Shown here in pieces: positions 38,001 through 50,900 of a stretch of DNA of 64,000 nt. The position numbers were made by a program, and so were the translations under genes. This DNA comes from Macrostomum hystrix. Lineage: Eukaryota; Animalia; Platyhelminthes. The notes beneath the pieces were generated by a model. That model saw only the letters and a list, made by a program, of their open reading frames with translations. It made no database searches and was not told the DNA's origin. Location of the stretch: NCBI GenBank assembly GCA_950097015.1, contig CATNEN010000002.1, positions 1,178,001 through 1,242,000 on the forward strand. The letters are read 5' to 3'. Positions within the stretch are counted from its first letter, which is position 1. Every line of letters starts with the position of its first letter.

Positions 38001-38687
38001 AAATTGAACAGGCAGGGGGAGAGAGGAGAGAGTACATTAAGAGGGCGCGTGAAATGAGAAACCAGGGAGAAGTTAATACAGTACCGTTCCTTCATGTCTT
38101 GTTTTCCGACTCCTCTCCCCCATCCTATCTCCTCTCGCCTGTCCTATCTCCTCTCCCCCATCCTATCTCCTCTCGCCTGTCCTATCTCCTCTCCCCCATC
38201 CTATCTCCTCTCGCCTGTCCTGTCTCCTCTCCCCCATCCTATCTCCTCTCGCCTGTCCTGTCTCCTCTCCCCCATCCTATCTCCTCTCGCCTGTCCTGTC
38301 TCTTCTCCATTGTCCCCACTTCCTTGTTCCGTCTCCTCTTCTAAAACTATGCGAACGCACGCACACCGCACAGGCCTTTGGAGCGGCATCAGTGTTATCA
38401 CCTGTATCGAATTTGTCGAGTATATTATCCTGGCACTGCGACTAGTCCGACTACGCCTACAAGGTGACAGTCAGCAACAGCAGAAGCTGCAGCCACGTCA
38501 GTCTGGCCTGCCTAACTACCCACCGACAGCCACCCTGTCAGCGAGTCTGAGCAACGCTAGTCACTATCGAACTCTGTATCCGACTCTGCGACCAGATCGA
38601 CACGCTGATTTGACAGTTGCGGATGGTCCCCTGATGCAAAACATCCAGCATCAGGAGGCTTGGCTGCACCGGATGTTTGGAATCTGA
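32006..38687 (+). CDS. DEG/ENaC family amiloride-sensitive channel subunit (FaNaC/ASIC-like), ~641 aa
   Basis: Exons 32006-32314, 33155-33321, 33897-34248, 34783-35033, 36568-36753, 37353-37699, 38374-38687 (1926 nt). Pre-TM1 THG motif, TM1 RRLLWSGFLL, YPVNT..F.MPDITFC, Cys-rich thumb (DCGC, CPDEC) and TM2 SDFGGILGLWSGISVITCIEFVEY. The true start could lie upstream because the frame is open back to the 31917 acceptor. Confidence 0.93.
33335..33870. repeat. Degenerate ~18-20-bp minisatellite (aaccttcagaaatccca) filling ENaC intron 2
   Basis: Tandem units between 33322 and 33896. Confidence 0.88.
34266..34735. repeat. 15-bp minisatellite (AACCTGTTAGATATG) filling ENaC intron 3
   Basis: About 31 units with the CTGTTAGA core. 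Confidence 0.96.
35055..36502. repeat. 14-15-bp minisatellite (CCCCAGTGTGTTATC) filling ENaC intron 4
   Basis: About 1.45 kb. Source of the spurious Cys/Pro-rich ORFs. Confidence 0.97.
36840..37335. repeat. 21-bp purine-rich minisatellite (GAGAGGATGGGAGAGTTTAGG) in ENaC intron 5
   Basis: Tandem units end about 15 nt before the acceptor at 37352. Confidence 0.95.
38105..38305. repeat. ~38-bp pyrimidine-rich tandem repeat in ENaC intron 6
   Basis: cccatcctatctcctctcgcctgtcctatctcctctcc, about 5 copies. Confidence 0.9.
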
Positions 38688-39990
38688 TTGGTTGACAGAA
38701 TGAAGACCACGCTATTTTTCCCCCTGGAAAACCTGGACCTCACTGCCTACTTCACGAAAGCTCCCAAACCGAATGACCGAAAAAATGAGGGTATTTGAAA
38801 TACCCATTCTGGTCGTTCTACTGTTAAAGATTAATGATTTACTACTGACGTAAAAACTAGTAGTACAGTGCGATTTGTTTCCAAAGTATTATATATATTT
38901 TAAATCTTGAGGTAAGTTGAAGTGCGTTTTCAGATGATCATTGGAGTCATTGCATTCGTGTATTCGCGCATAATAGGCCATTGTTTGAAGCCGCGTTAAG
39001 TATATCTATAGCTCGTAAACTTCGCGTATGTGTGTGGCTGTTAGCTTTAGTTTTGCACCCCGCGATATTGCCCAGTTTTTCAAACCAAAACAACTCAAAA
39101 CCCTTATCATTGAAGTGTTACAACCTTTCTGGCACTTGGTATTCATTCAAAATTTCTCAGAAATTTAACGATAAGACTTTAAACGCCTGTCTGATTAGCA
39201 GACAATTGAAATCTGTGTAAATTACAAGGTTGCACTAACTACAACTGTATAGTTTATTTAAATAATCGTGTTGCGTGAACTTTAAGTTCGAACTTTAAAT
39301 TGATGCAATTTGTCAGCTTCTGAATGTTCTTTTTACTCGTAAGTATTTTATTTGTATATGTAACAAGGCGGATTTCAAGTTAAACACAGCCGCTCTAATT
39401 GCTTTCAGATATAACAAAATTTTATGAGCGAAAATAAACCATCAGTAACTCCATGCAGTTTCCTTGAAAACGTGTAATACTATGTCGACAGACAAAATAG
39501 AAATAAACACAAATTAACTTTTTCTGTAAAGTAAATATATAATTAAAAATATACCCAATAAAAAGTGTTCGTATTTTTTGTTTATATAAGAATAAATATT
39601 AATGTACTTTTGAACATTGTTTTGATCTATAGAATTAGTATACTTTCTTATATTGTATTTGTAACTTCTAAACCCTTTGTTATAGTTACTTAAGTTAATT
39701 AATTCAAATTAATTCAAATATTTGGTATTACTTGTATGTGAATCTGATAATGGAGCATATCAGTAGGCATTTTTTGGATTGTGTAAGTAATAACAGTTTA
39801 TTTAGTGCGTAAGAATAATATTACAACAAAAAATATAATATTTTTTTATAAATGATGTATGAGCTTATTTAGCAACAGTTATTGACCAGTTTAATTTTTT
39901 GTGATTGCGATCTACACACTGAGGCATTACGACATGACTTTTAATATAACTTTTGTTAAAATAATTGGAAATTAGTTTGTTCCGGAAAAT

Positions 39991-40794
39991 TCAAAAAACT
40001 GCACTGTTTGTCGAAGTCTTCCTGGCAGCCTTGTTGCCTTTCTCAGGTGGGACAATGATCACTGGCACATGAGCATGGTGCAGCACGTGGTCTGAGACGC
40101 TGCCTAGAAATGTTCGCTTGAGTGCGCCCATTCCGCGGTTACCCATGACAACCATGTCGGCCTCTTCGTGATTGACAGCGTCAACAATCGATTGGCCAGG
40201 TCCGGGCGTCAGCTTCTCGACGAAGCGAACTCGATTCCTGGAAATCCGATTGATGAAAACGAACTAAAATTTCCTATTTTTAACTGGTCAGTCACAAAAG
40301 AAATTTAGCAAAGTACATTATTAATATGTCCATAATACCTCAAAACAGCTGCCCAAAGCCGGATAAGACTTTGACTTTGTGTCAATTTGTGTTATTTAGC
40401 AAGACGACTTAACTCTACATCGCTTCCGTTCACCCAGCTATCAAATAGGTACCTGCAGCATTAGCTCATTTATAATTGGCGGTCCATGGACTGAACAGTC
40501 GTACAGACAGCCTTTAATAGCTGCAAATCAAATAATTTAGCAAATAACTAGTATTATAGTTTAATTAACGTAGATATTTTTCCTAGCAAAGTTTAAAGTT
40601 CTCATTATCAAAATTGAGCTTTTTAAGAAAGCCTTCGTCGAATTTTTTTATCGAAAAAGTTGGAAGGGCTCAGAGCTCACTTGAGGCCCAGCTGATGACA
40701 TCGCTCCTGCACCATCAGGGCCATGCGTTTGCCAGGTCCAGCCAGGGCTCCCACAGACATCTTTCGCTGAGCCACTGATTTATCTTCTTGCTGC

Positions 40795-40856
<62 letters not shown>

Positions 40857-41030
40857 AGCAATCTGCTGTGGCATGATGCCTCCCATGGCTGCTGCCATAT
40901 TGCTAGGCATTTCAACAGCGTAGACAAAGATCAGTTCGTCAGTAGGTTTGGCCATGTTTTCAGCGTACCACATCAGAGCCCTGTCCGAGTGTTCGCTACC
41001 ATCGATGGGTAAAAGCACTCTTCTAGCCAT
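39991..41030 (-). CDS. Universal stress protein (UspA-like) with polyQ insert, 198 aa
   Basis: Exons 41030-40681 and 40237-39991 (597 nt). N-terminal RRVLLPIDGSEHSDRAL, ATP-binding motif VMGNRGMGALKRTFLGSVSDHVLHHAHVPVIIVP. Exon 2 is absent from the ORF track. Confidence 0.93.
40800..40856 (-). repeat. Pure (CAG)19 coding microsatellite
   Basis: 19 uninterrupted CTG triplets on the plus strand. Confidence 0.97.
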
Positions 41031-42159
41031 GCTGTTCAAACTCGCAGATTTTATTGATATCGATTGTTAGTCAAGTAGTTTTATTCTCAGATATTCCGCC
41101 GAGTCACTTCCGAGCAAGCAAAGCAAATATTGAAAAGCTTCAAGATAAGAATTGAAGACTGCTATATTGCAGGTAAAACAATTCTATAAGCTCGTACACT
41201 GACTGTATAAATTTCTGTGTTGGGCCCACACGGCCGTTTATTTACGAGCCCTAGCCAAGAGCGTTATAATAATTTGTTAGCCTCAACATTTTCTGTAGCC
41301 AGCCAATAGCTTTGCTCAATGCGTCACTATAAAATTGGATGGCCTAGACAGAGAGAGAGACAAGAAAATTACTGACTGACCTTCTGTTGAACCGAGGTAA
41401 GGCCTGGTCCAATGTGCAGTGCTGTGTGAAATGGATACTGCACTACCAAATACTGACTTACTGTGCACAGTCATGTGTATGTACATTCATTAGTTAAAGG
41501 CCAATGCTTTTTGCTATGAAATTATTCTTATTGGGTTTAATATCTAATTAGGGTATGTTGGCATCAGAAAAGTTCAATATTATAAAAGCACTCGATAGTA
41601 TTTTCATCCAGAGATGCCATTCACATTATAAATAGATCGATTTTTCACGAAATATCAGTTCACACAATTGTTTTCTAAGAGAAATCGTGTTACGAGTAGG
41701 CCATTGTCTTTTTCAAAGAAAAAACCGTTGGTACAGTAGAAAGACCATGCGGATATTTCAAATAGCCACATTTTCTTGGCTATTTCCAAGCCGCAATTTA
41801 CATATAAATAACAGGTATTGGCACAGTTTTCTAAGAAAATGCTGATCACACCGATGAACTTCTGTTCACGCTACAAACTTTTTAGAAATAGCTAGTAGCT
41901 GTTCACATTATTGGTTGCTGATTGACTCATTCCTTACATACAGACGGCACTATTCGGAAAGTTAATTGATATTTCCTGCACCACTTCCGTTCGCAGTTAA
42001 ATAGTAACCATGAAGTGGTCAATGTGTTTCGACTAAAAGTGCGAGTACATCCATTGGACAGGCAACAACTGCCGCAAACTGCATTTACTTTCCAATGAAT
42101 TCTCTAACCATGCAGGCTTTCTTTAGTAATAATTAATTATTAATTCTCTACACCTGCCT

Positions 42160-42325
42160 CAATAGGACCATATGTGCAGCCACAGCTATATTGCGCGGCG
42201 CATCTGAAGACTGTGCCCTCGGCTGTTCAGTCCATGGACTGGGGGGACGCCACACCCACCCTAACTGATGCTGGTACCCATTTAATAGCCGGGTAAACGG
42301 AAACAACGCAGAGTAAAGTGGCTAA
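42160..42325 (-). mobile_element. SINE family A copy
   Basis: CAGTCCATGGACTG at 42228-42241, followed by gacgccacacccacc..gatgctggtacccattt. Confidence 0.7.
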
Positions 42326-42546
42326 AAATTTTTAGAAATTGTTTGGAACGACAACACTGAGCCAGATTTTATAAGGAATTTCACAATATAAGCAAAGCAT
42401 TCGTTATCTTTATTATACTACTGAATTAAAACGATGCAGTAAGATGCAAGGAACAAAGCGAACATTTTTTTAAAGTTTGTCGATGAAAAATAAAGAAAAA
42501 TAAAAATTAAAATAAAAAAAAAGGCTTCCACAAAAATTTGAGCTCA

Positions 42547-44955
42547 TTGGGAAGAGAGGTCACTGGGAAGAGAGGTCACTGGGAAGAGAGGTCATTGGAA
42601 AGAGAGGTCATTTAGGAAGAGAGGTCATTGGGGAAGAGAGGTCATTGGGAAGAGAGATCATTGGGAAGAGAGGTCATTGGGAAGAGAGGTCATTGGAAAG
42701 AGAGGTCATTGGGGAAGAGAGGTCATTGGGAAGAGAGGTCATTGGGGAAGAGAGGTCATTGGGGAAGAGAGGTCATTGGGAAGAGAGGTCATTGGGAGGA
42801 GAGGGGTCATTGGAAAGAGAGGTCATTTGGGAAGAGAGGTCATTGGGGAAGAGAGGTCATTGGGAAGAGAGATCATTGGGAAGAGAGGTCATTGGGAAGA
42901 GAGGTCATTGGAAAGAGAGGTCATTGGGGAAGAGAGGTCATTGGGGAAGAGAGGTCATTGGGGAAGAGAGGTCATTGGGGAAGAGAGGTCATTGGGGAAG
43001 AGAGGTCATTGGGAAGAGAGGTCATTGGGAAGAGAGGTCATTGGAAAGAGTGGTCATTATGGAAGAGAGGTCATTGGGAAGAGAGGTCATTGGGAAGAGA
43101 GGTCATTGGGGAAGAGAGGTCATTGGGAAGAGAGGTCATTGGGGAAGAGAGGTCATTGGGAAGAGAGTTCATTGGGAAGAGAGGTCATTGGAAAGAGAGG
43201 TCATTGGGAAGAGAGGTCATTGGGAAGAGAGGTCATTGGGGAAGAGAGGTCATTGGAAAGAGAGGTCATTGGGAAGAGAGGTCATTGGAAAGAGAGGTCA
43301 TTGGGGAAGAGAGGTCATTGGGAAGAGAGGTCATTGGGAAGAGGGGTCATTGGGAAGAGAGGTCATTGGGAAGAGGGGTCATTGGGAAGAGAGGTCATTG
43401 GGAAGAGAGGTCATTGGGGAATAGAGGTCATTGGGGAAGAGAGGTCATTGGGAAGAGAGGTCATTGGGAAGAGAGGTCATTGGGAAGAGAGGTCATTGGG
43501 AAGAGAGGTCATTGGGAAGAGAGGTCATTGGGAAGAGGGGTTATTGGGAAGAGAGGTCATTGAGAAGAGGGGTCATTGGGAAGAGAGGTCATTGGGAAGA
43601 GAGGTCATTGGAAAGAGAGGTCATTGGGAAGAGAGGTCATTGGGAAGAGAGGTCATTGGGGAAGAGAGGTCATTGGAAAGAGAGGTCATTGGGAAGATAG
43701 GTCATTGGAAAGAGAGGTCATTGGGGAAGAGAGGTCATTGGGAAGAGAGGTCATTGGGAAGAGGGGTCATTGGGAAGATAGGTCATTGGAAAGAGAGGTC
43801 ATTGGGAAGAGAGGTCATTGGGAAGAGAGGTCATTGGGGAATAGAGGTCATTGGGGAAGAGAGGTCATTGGGAAGAGAGGTCATTGGGAAGAGAGGTCAT
43901 TGGGAAGAGAGGTCATTGGGAAGAGAGGTCATTGGGGAAGAGAGGTCATTGGGAAGAGAGGTCATTGGGAAGAGGGGTCATTGGGAAGAGAGGTCATTGG
44001 GAAGAGGGGTCATTGGGAAGAGAGGTCATTGGGAAGAGAGGTCATTGGGAAGTGAGGTCATTGGGGAATAGAGGTCATTGGGGAAGAGAGGTCATTGGGA
44101 AGAGAGGTCATTGGGAGGAGAGGTCATTGGAAAGAGAGGTCATTGGGGAAGAGAGGTCATTGGGGAAGAGAGGTCATTGGGGAAGAGAGGTCATTGGGAA
44201 GAGAGGTCATTGGGAAGAGAGGTCATTGGGAAGAGAGGTCATTGGGGAAGAGAGGTCATTGGGGAATAGAGGTCATTGGGAAGAGAGGTCATTGGGAAAG
44301 AGAGGTCATTGGGGAAGAGAGGTCATTGGGGAAGAGAGGTCATTGGGGAAGAGAGGTCATTGGGAAGAGAGATCATTGGGAAGAGAGGTCATTGGGAGGA
44401 GAGGTCATTGGGGAAGAGAGGTCATTGGGAAGAGAGGTCATTGGGAAGAGAGGTCATTGGGAAGAGAGGTCATTGGGGAAGAGAGGTCATTGGGGAAGAG
44501 AGGTCATTGGGGAATAGAGGTCATTGGGAAGAGAGGTCATTGGGAAAGAGAGGTCATTGGGGAAGAGAGGTCATTGGGGAAGAGAGGTCGGTCATTGGGA
44601 AGAGAGATCATTGGGAAGAGAGGTCATTGGGAGGAGAGGTCATTGGGGAAGAGAGGTCATTGGGAAGAGAGGTCATTGGGAAGAGAGGTCATTGGGAAGA
44701 GAGGTCATTGGGGAAGAGAGGTCATTGGGGAATAGAGGTCATTGGGGAATAGAGGTCATTGGGAAGAGAGGTCATTGGGAAAGAGAGGTCATTGGGGAAG
44801 AGAGGTCATTGGGAAGAGAGATCATTGGGAAGAGAGGTCATTGGGAGGAGAGGTCATTGGGGAAGAGAGGTCATTGGGAAGAGAGGTCATTGGGAAGAGA
44901 GGTCATTGGGAAGAGAGGTCATTGGGAAGAGAGGTCATTGGGAAGAGAGGTCATT
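42547..44955. repeat. 16-17-bp satellite (TTGGGAAGAGAGGTCA), 2.4 kb
   Basis: Continuous array. Its right end coincides with the stop codon of the minus-strand gene. Marker variants suggest a ~420-bp internal duplication (43341 vs 43761). Confidence 0.98.
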
Positions 44956-47900
44956 TCGTTTGGTTGCCACCAGTGCCACCGCCGCTGCCAGCTGCTTCGG
45001 CATCGCCAGCCGTATCCGCTGACGCAGCCGCCGCGGCCGCAGCAGGAGCCGCTGCCGTGGCCGCTATTCGCCGCCTAGGATAGTCTGTGTCTGGCGGAGG
45101 TCCCGGCCAGGCCTGTCGCTGCCTCAGCCGTTCAAGACGGTCCAGCAGCCGCTCGTAGCAGCGCAGTCGGCCGATTTCGTCGTGCTCGGCGACGGTCTCG
45201 GCGCTGAACGCGGAGCCGCGAGATCTCTGGACAGCCCGGTCCATCATGTCGTAGACGATGTCGGCGCAGAAGGCCGCGGTGTGCTCCGGCTCGCCGATGT
45301 ACAGGGCGTCGGAGCTGACGCGGCAGACTCGCTCAGCCGGCCAGCTGAGCCAATCGAAGCCTCGAATGCCGTCTGCCAGACTGCGTCGGTCTCGCTCAGT
45401 GTTGGCATCCTGAAGGTAGACCAGACGAGCCGTCAGCTCGCCGGGACGGAAGACTAACAGGCCGGAGTCGTGTCGATTTGTCACGGCGTGCAGCCGGTTC
45501 GAGTGGTGGGCGCTGATGAGGGTTCGGTTGATGGCGCAGCCGCGGAAGCCCTCAGACTCGGCCTGCTGCTGGGACATTGTGACAGCAACTCGCTGGCCTG
45601 TGGTGAGCGAGTAGAATGACACGGTGCCGAAGATGTTCACAATCAGGTAGGCCGACAGGGTGTAGTTGAAGCAGCCGGTGATGTCAAAGTTCACGTAGCC
45701 AGCCTGTTGCACCTCGGCGTATTCCTTGTCATTCAGCGGAATGATGATCCTAGGATCCATTGGCTTCATTTTGGTCAGATCTACGATGCAAACCTGCCGG
45801 GTTTGTAGGGGCAATTCAATACAATAGTTGTTTAATACTCAAAGTGTCATGATTGACCGTCATACTCAAAGTGTCATGATTGACCGTCATACTCAAAGTG
45901 TCATGATTCACCGTCATACTCAAAGTGCCATGATTGACCGTCATACTCAAAGTGTCATGATTCACCGTCATACTCAAAGTGCCATGATTGACCGTCATAC
46001 TCAAAGTGTCATGATTCACCGTCATACTCAAAGTGTCATGAATGACCGTCATACTCAAAGTGTCATGATTGACCGATTCACCTCGATGTGGTGGTGCTCA
46101 AAGTCTTCGGGATCACTTGGATAGAGGATCAGGCAGACCAGACGGCTGCCAGTTCTGTCAACCCTGGCGCCAAGGAACATCTCAGCTTCAAATGTGTAGG
46201 GCTTGTACACTCTGGTGATGTAGCGCATCATGCGATCGTCCACCTTCAGCCTGGTGACCTCGTGGAACGCGCCGCCGGATTGTTTGACAGCCTCCAGTGG
46301 CGACTTGTAGATGGTGGTGATCTGGCTGAACTCCGCCCTGGTGCGCCACGGATGGCGCAACAAATTCCGCTTTGCCTCCGCCTCCGCTCTGCGCCTCGCT
46401 TCGGCTAATTCAGCGCGCTCCGTCTCCTGGCAGTGTGTTAGACATGGTACACAGATGTTAGACATGGTATACGGCTGTTAGACATGGTACACAGCTGTTA
46501 GATATGGCACACAGCTGTTAGATAGGAAGGTCATCACTAACTGGGTTGTAGGCTTCGGCGTCGAATCGAACCATGGCTGGTGTGGCGGGGTCCGGCCTGT
46601 ACTTCTCCTTGTCCATGCGCACCCGGAGCACCCGCATGGGCCTCATGCCCCGCCTGGCATCCGCCAGGTACTCGGCCCGGTAGCGCCACACGGCCAGGTA
46701 GCCGGCGCTGTCTATGGTAAAAAAGTCGCCGGTGTTCTCAATGGCAGCCATGAGCATCACCTCGGCTTTGTGCTCAACAAACAGCTCGCAGTCGATACGC
46801 AGCTGTGTGAATTTGTGTGCCGGTCGGCGACTGTCTCGAAGCCGCGGCCACTTCAGCACCAACGACTGGGACTCTTGAACGTCGTCCAGCAGCTGCTCTG
46901 TGTCCAGCTTGATCACGTGACTGGTGGACATGGCCAGGCAAAAGTGCGGCTGGTTTCCCAGCGCTGTGAAGGCCGGGAAGAAGCCGCAGGTGACCGCCCG
47001 CCAGTTGTTGTCGGGCCGAGTTGCCGCAGCCGACTGGGCAGTGAACGGACCTTCGGTGAAGCGCAGCTCGACGGCTGGCAGCTCGCCGATTAAATTCAGC
47101 GGCGAAGTGTCCTCCTTGTTTGCTGCTCGCTGCTGCTGCTGCTGCTGCTGCTGCTGGGGAGCCAGTGGCGAGTAGTGGACGGACCAGACGCGGACGTCGC
47201 CGCTGGCATGGACGCTGACGACGCTGCCAGCGTCAGCTGACAGCGCCAGGCTTTCAACTGTCTGCTCCTGACGATTGGACCCTGGCTGCTGCTGCTGCTG
47301 CTGCTGCTTTTTCTTGGCTGCCTCCGGTGGTTCGCTAGTCATTGGTGAGTACCTTAATAACGGTAACGGTAATAATAACGGACACTGTTATCTTAACAAT
47401 CTTAAGAAATACATTACTGAGATGTTTTCGCATCAATATTATTTATTTTATTACCTAAATTTCTTGGCACAGATTTTTTTTTGTAGATCCCTATTTCCGA
47501 AACCGTGATGACATAAATTTATGAATATAAAGGGTTCAGGTTTTAGTAATCTTTTTATCCCCACCTACATTCCCATTTTCTAAACTCCCACTTTCAAAAT
47601 CACAACTTTCTAAATCCACACTTTCTCAATCCTCACTTTCGAATTCCAACTTTTTGACTCCCCACTTTCTAAATCTCCACTTTCTAAATCCTTAAATCCC
47701 AAATCTCCACTTTCTAAATCCCCACTTTCTAAATCCCCACTTTCTAAATCCTCACTTTCTAAATCCCCACTTTCTAAATCCTCACTTTCTAAATCCTCAC
47801 TTTCTAATCTGCACTTTTCAAATTCCTAAATCCTAAATCTACACTTTCTTGATCCCTAATCCAGAGTCCTCAGTTTCTAAATCACTAAGTCCTGAACCCC

Positions 47901-50900
47901 ATTTCCTAAATACTCACTTTATAAATCCCCAAACCCACTCATTCTCAAAGCCCCATTTCCTAAGTCCCTACCTCCTTTGTCCAGGCTTTAATTTTTGACT
48001 TCCTAAATCTAATAGATTTAGAAAGTGGGGATTTAGAAAGTGGAGATTTGGGATTTAAGGATTTAGAAAGTCACAAATATATTTTCAAGTATTAAAATCC
48101 CAAATCCGGATTCTAGATTCAGTCCCATCCAATCGCTTCGGCACTCACCTGAAAGCCACAAAATTCCCGCCCTTGAATTTTCTATCGAAATTATAGACCA
48201 ACAGGTCGCCGCGCATTGTGCCCACAGCGACGGCATTGTTGTCATTAGAAACGGCCACGGAGCCGAAGCCGCCAGTGAAGCCGAGCAGGGCGACGCCTGT
48301 GTAGGTGCAGCTGATCTTGCTCCAGTACCGCAGCTCCAGTCTGGCGAACTCTTTCAGCTTGATGATGTTCTTCTTCCTGACATAGTCGGGCTCGATTTTC
48401 TCATTCAGCTGCAGCAGGGTGTCCCAGGGCAGCAGCTGGGTGTAGTCGATCAGCTCGGATGTGTCTTCAACTTCGGGCACAGCTTCCGCGGGCTCGGCCG
48501 CTGCCAGAGCAGCGACAGTTGAAGCTGCTGTGGGCTTGGCCAAGCTCTTCTTCAGGCCGTGTCGCCATAGCAACGGTTTCTCTAGCTGACGATCGCGTTT
48601 CAATTTGTAATAAGTGCGCACCACGATGTCGTATTGCGGCTCGGAGGGCTTGCGACCTGGCAAAATTCCAAAGGGGATTAAAAACTCAAAATGGTCTCAT
48701 AAAATTCATTAAATAAAATTCGGGCAAATATTCGATTATATAATGAAAATATAGATTGTTAGACACGAATTTTTGCTTTAAGATACGACTCTTAACGCAG
48801 TACAAAACCTGTTAGACAAGATCGGTTACCTGTTAGACAAGATCGGTAACCTGTTAGACGATATCGGTTACCTGTTAGACAAGATCAGTAGCCTGTTAGA
48901 CGATATCGGTTACCTGTTAGACAAGATCAGTAACCTGTTAGACAAGATCAGTAACCTGTTAGACAAGATTAGCCATCTGTTAGTTAAGATCAGTAACCTG
49001 TTAGACAAGATCAGTAACCTGTTAGACAAGATCAGTAACCTGTTAGACAAAGTCAGTAATCTGTTAGTTAAGATCAGTAATCCGTTAGCTAAGATCGGTT
49101 ACCTGTTAGACAAGATTAGCAATCTGTTAGTTAAGATCAGTAACCTGTTAGACAAGATCAGTAACCTGTTAGACAAGATCGGTAACCTGTTAGACAAGAT
49201 CGGTAACCTGTTAGACAAGATCGGTAACCTGTTAGACAAGATCGGTAACCTGTTAGACAAGATCGGTAACCTGTTAGACAAGATCGGTAACCTGTTAGAC
49301 AAGATCGGTAACCTGTTAGACAAGATCAGTAGCGCATAAAAAGTACATCCGGGACGCACCTGTGAGCTGGCTGATCACAGCAGCTTCCGCCTGCCTCATG
49401 CAGCTTTGATCGGCCAGATTGGCTGCCAGACCCGTCAGGTACAGGAACTCCCGGCTGGCCAGCTGGCTGAGCTCACCGGTGGTCTCCAGAAGCAGCTCCT
49501 CGCAAACCAGTTGCACTGCGCCGGCCCACACAGCCGCCTGGGTGTCACGTGACAGCGCCTCGGCCGACTCGTGCCGCTCGCCCAGCACCAGGTCGAGGAC
49601 GCGTTCGATCTCGTCTTCCACAATGCGACGACAGGCGTGATAGGAGGGTAGTTGCCAGGGCTCGTAGCTGTTGATGCCCAGCTCGCCAGCGTAGGGTCGC
49701 AGCATTGCGGCGCGCCGCCGAGCGAGCTCGCGACGACGACGATTGATCCGAGCCTCCTCGGTTGCGAGCTGCTGGCGCGTCTGCTGAACTGTCTCAACAA
49801 CTGGTTCCGGGTGCCTGAGTAAGGAGCAGAATGGTTGTAGGGCGGAGCACAGTTTAGGAAACAGTCTAACAGGGTTGATAGGAAACTGTCTAACAGATTT
49901 CACCGCTCATGTCTAGCAGGTATCACCGGTTATGTCTAACAGGTATCACCGGTCATGTCTAAGAGATGTCACCGGTCATGTCTAACAGGTATCACCGATC
50001 ATGTCTAACATGTGCCACCGGTCATGTCTAACAGATGTCACCGGTCATGTCTAACAGGTGTCACAGATGTCTAACAGATGTCACCGGTCATAAAAGATGT
50101 CACCGGTCATAACAGGTATCACCGGTTATGTCTAACAGGTATCACCGGTTTTGTCTAACAGGTGTCACAGATGTATAACAGATGTCACTGGTCATGTCTA
50201 ACAGGTATCACCGGTCATGTCTAACAGGTGTCATCCGATTAGTTACTCTAAGGATCGCCAATCAAAAGAGGCTAAAATCCCAGAAATTTTCTAACTTCTT
50301 TCGGTAGACCTCCGGATCGCCGGGCACCCTGGAGCCGATCTTCTCCCAGCGGTACTGGAAAGTCTTTGGCAGGGCGTCGTCAACAAAAGGCGGCGACAAC
50401 GGCCGGCCGTCGAACTCGCGGCGCTGGTCGCGGAGGGCGTTACGTTTGTGCAGCAGAGCCTCGCGCTCATGATTCAGCCGATCTGAAAATGGATTGTGGG
50501 ATTTTATTTGTTTTAATACCTGCATTATACCATGTCACTTAAATGCTTTTTCGCTTGAAACTGTTAGATAGGATAAAAGTTAGTTAGGCATAATTAAGAC
50601 CTGTTAGACTAAATCAGAACCTTTTGGACTAAATCAGAACCTGTTAGACTAAATCAGAACCTGTTAGACTAAATCAGGACCTGTTAGACAAGATCAGAAA
50701 CCTGTTAGACAAGATCAGAAACCTGTTAGACAAGATCAGAAACCTGTTAGACAAGATCAGAAACCTGTTAGACTGGACCAGAGACTATAAGACAGAAACT
50801 TAACTGTTAGACAGAAATGGAAACTGTTAGACAGGAGCAGAAGCAGTTAGACGGGAATAAAATATGTTAGACAGAAACTTAAACTGTTAGACAGGGCCAG

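Noticed and set aside
40135-40155. X-box-like GTTACCCATGACAAC
   Set aside because: It lies within USP coding sequence and is explained by the codons for VVMGN.
42628-45083. Repetitive Arg/Gly/Trp ORFs
   Set aside because: They are translations of the 16-17-bp satellite on the strand opposite the real gene.
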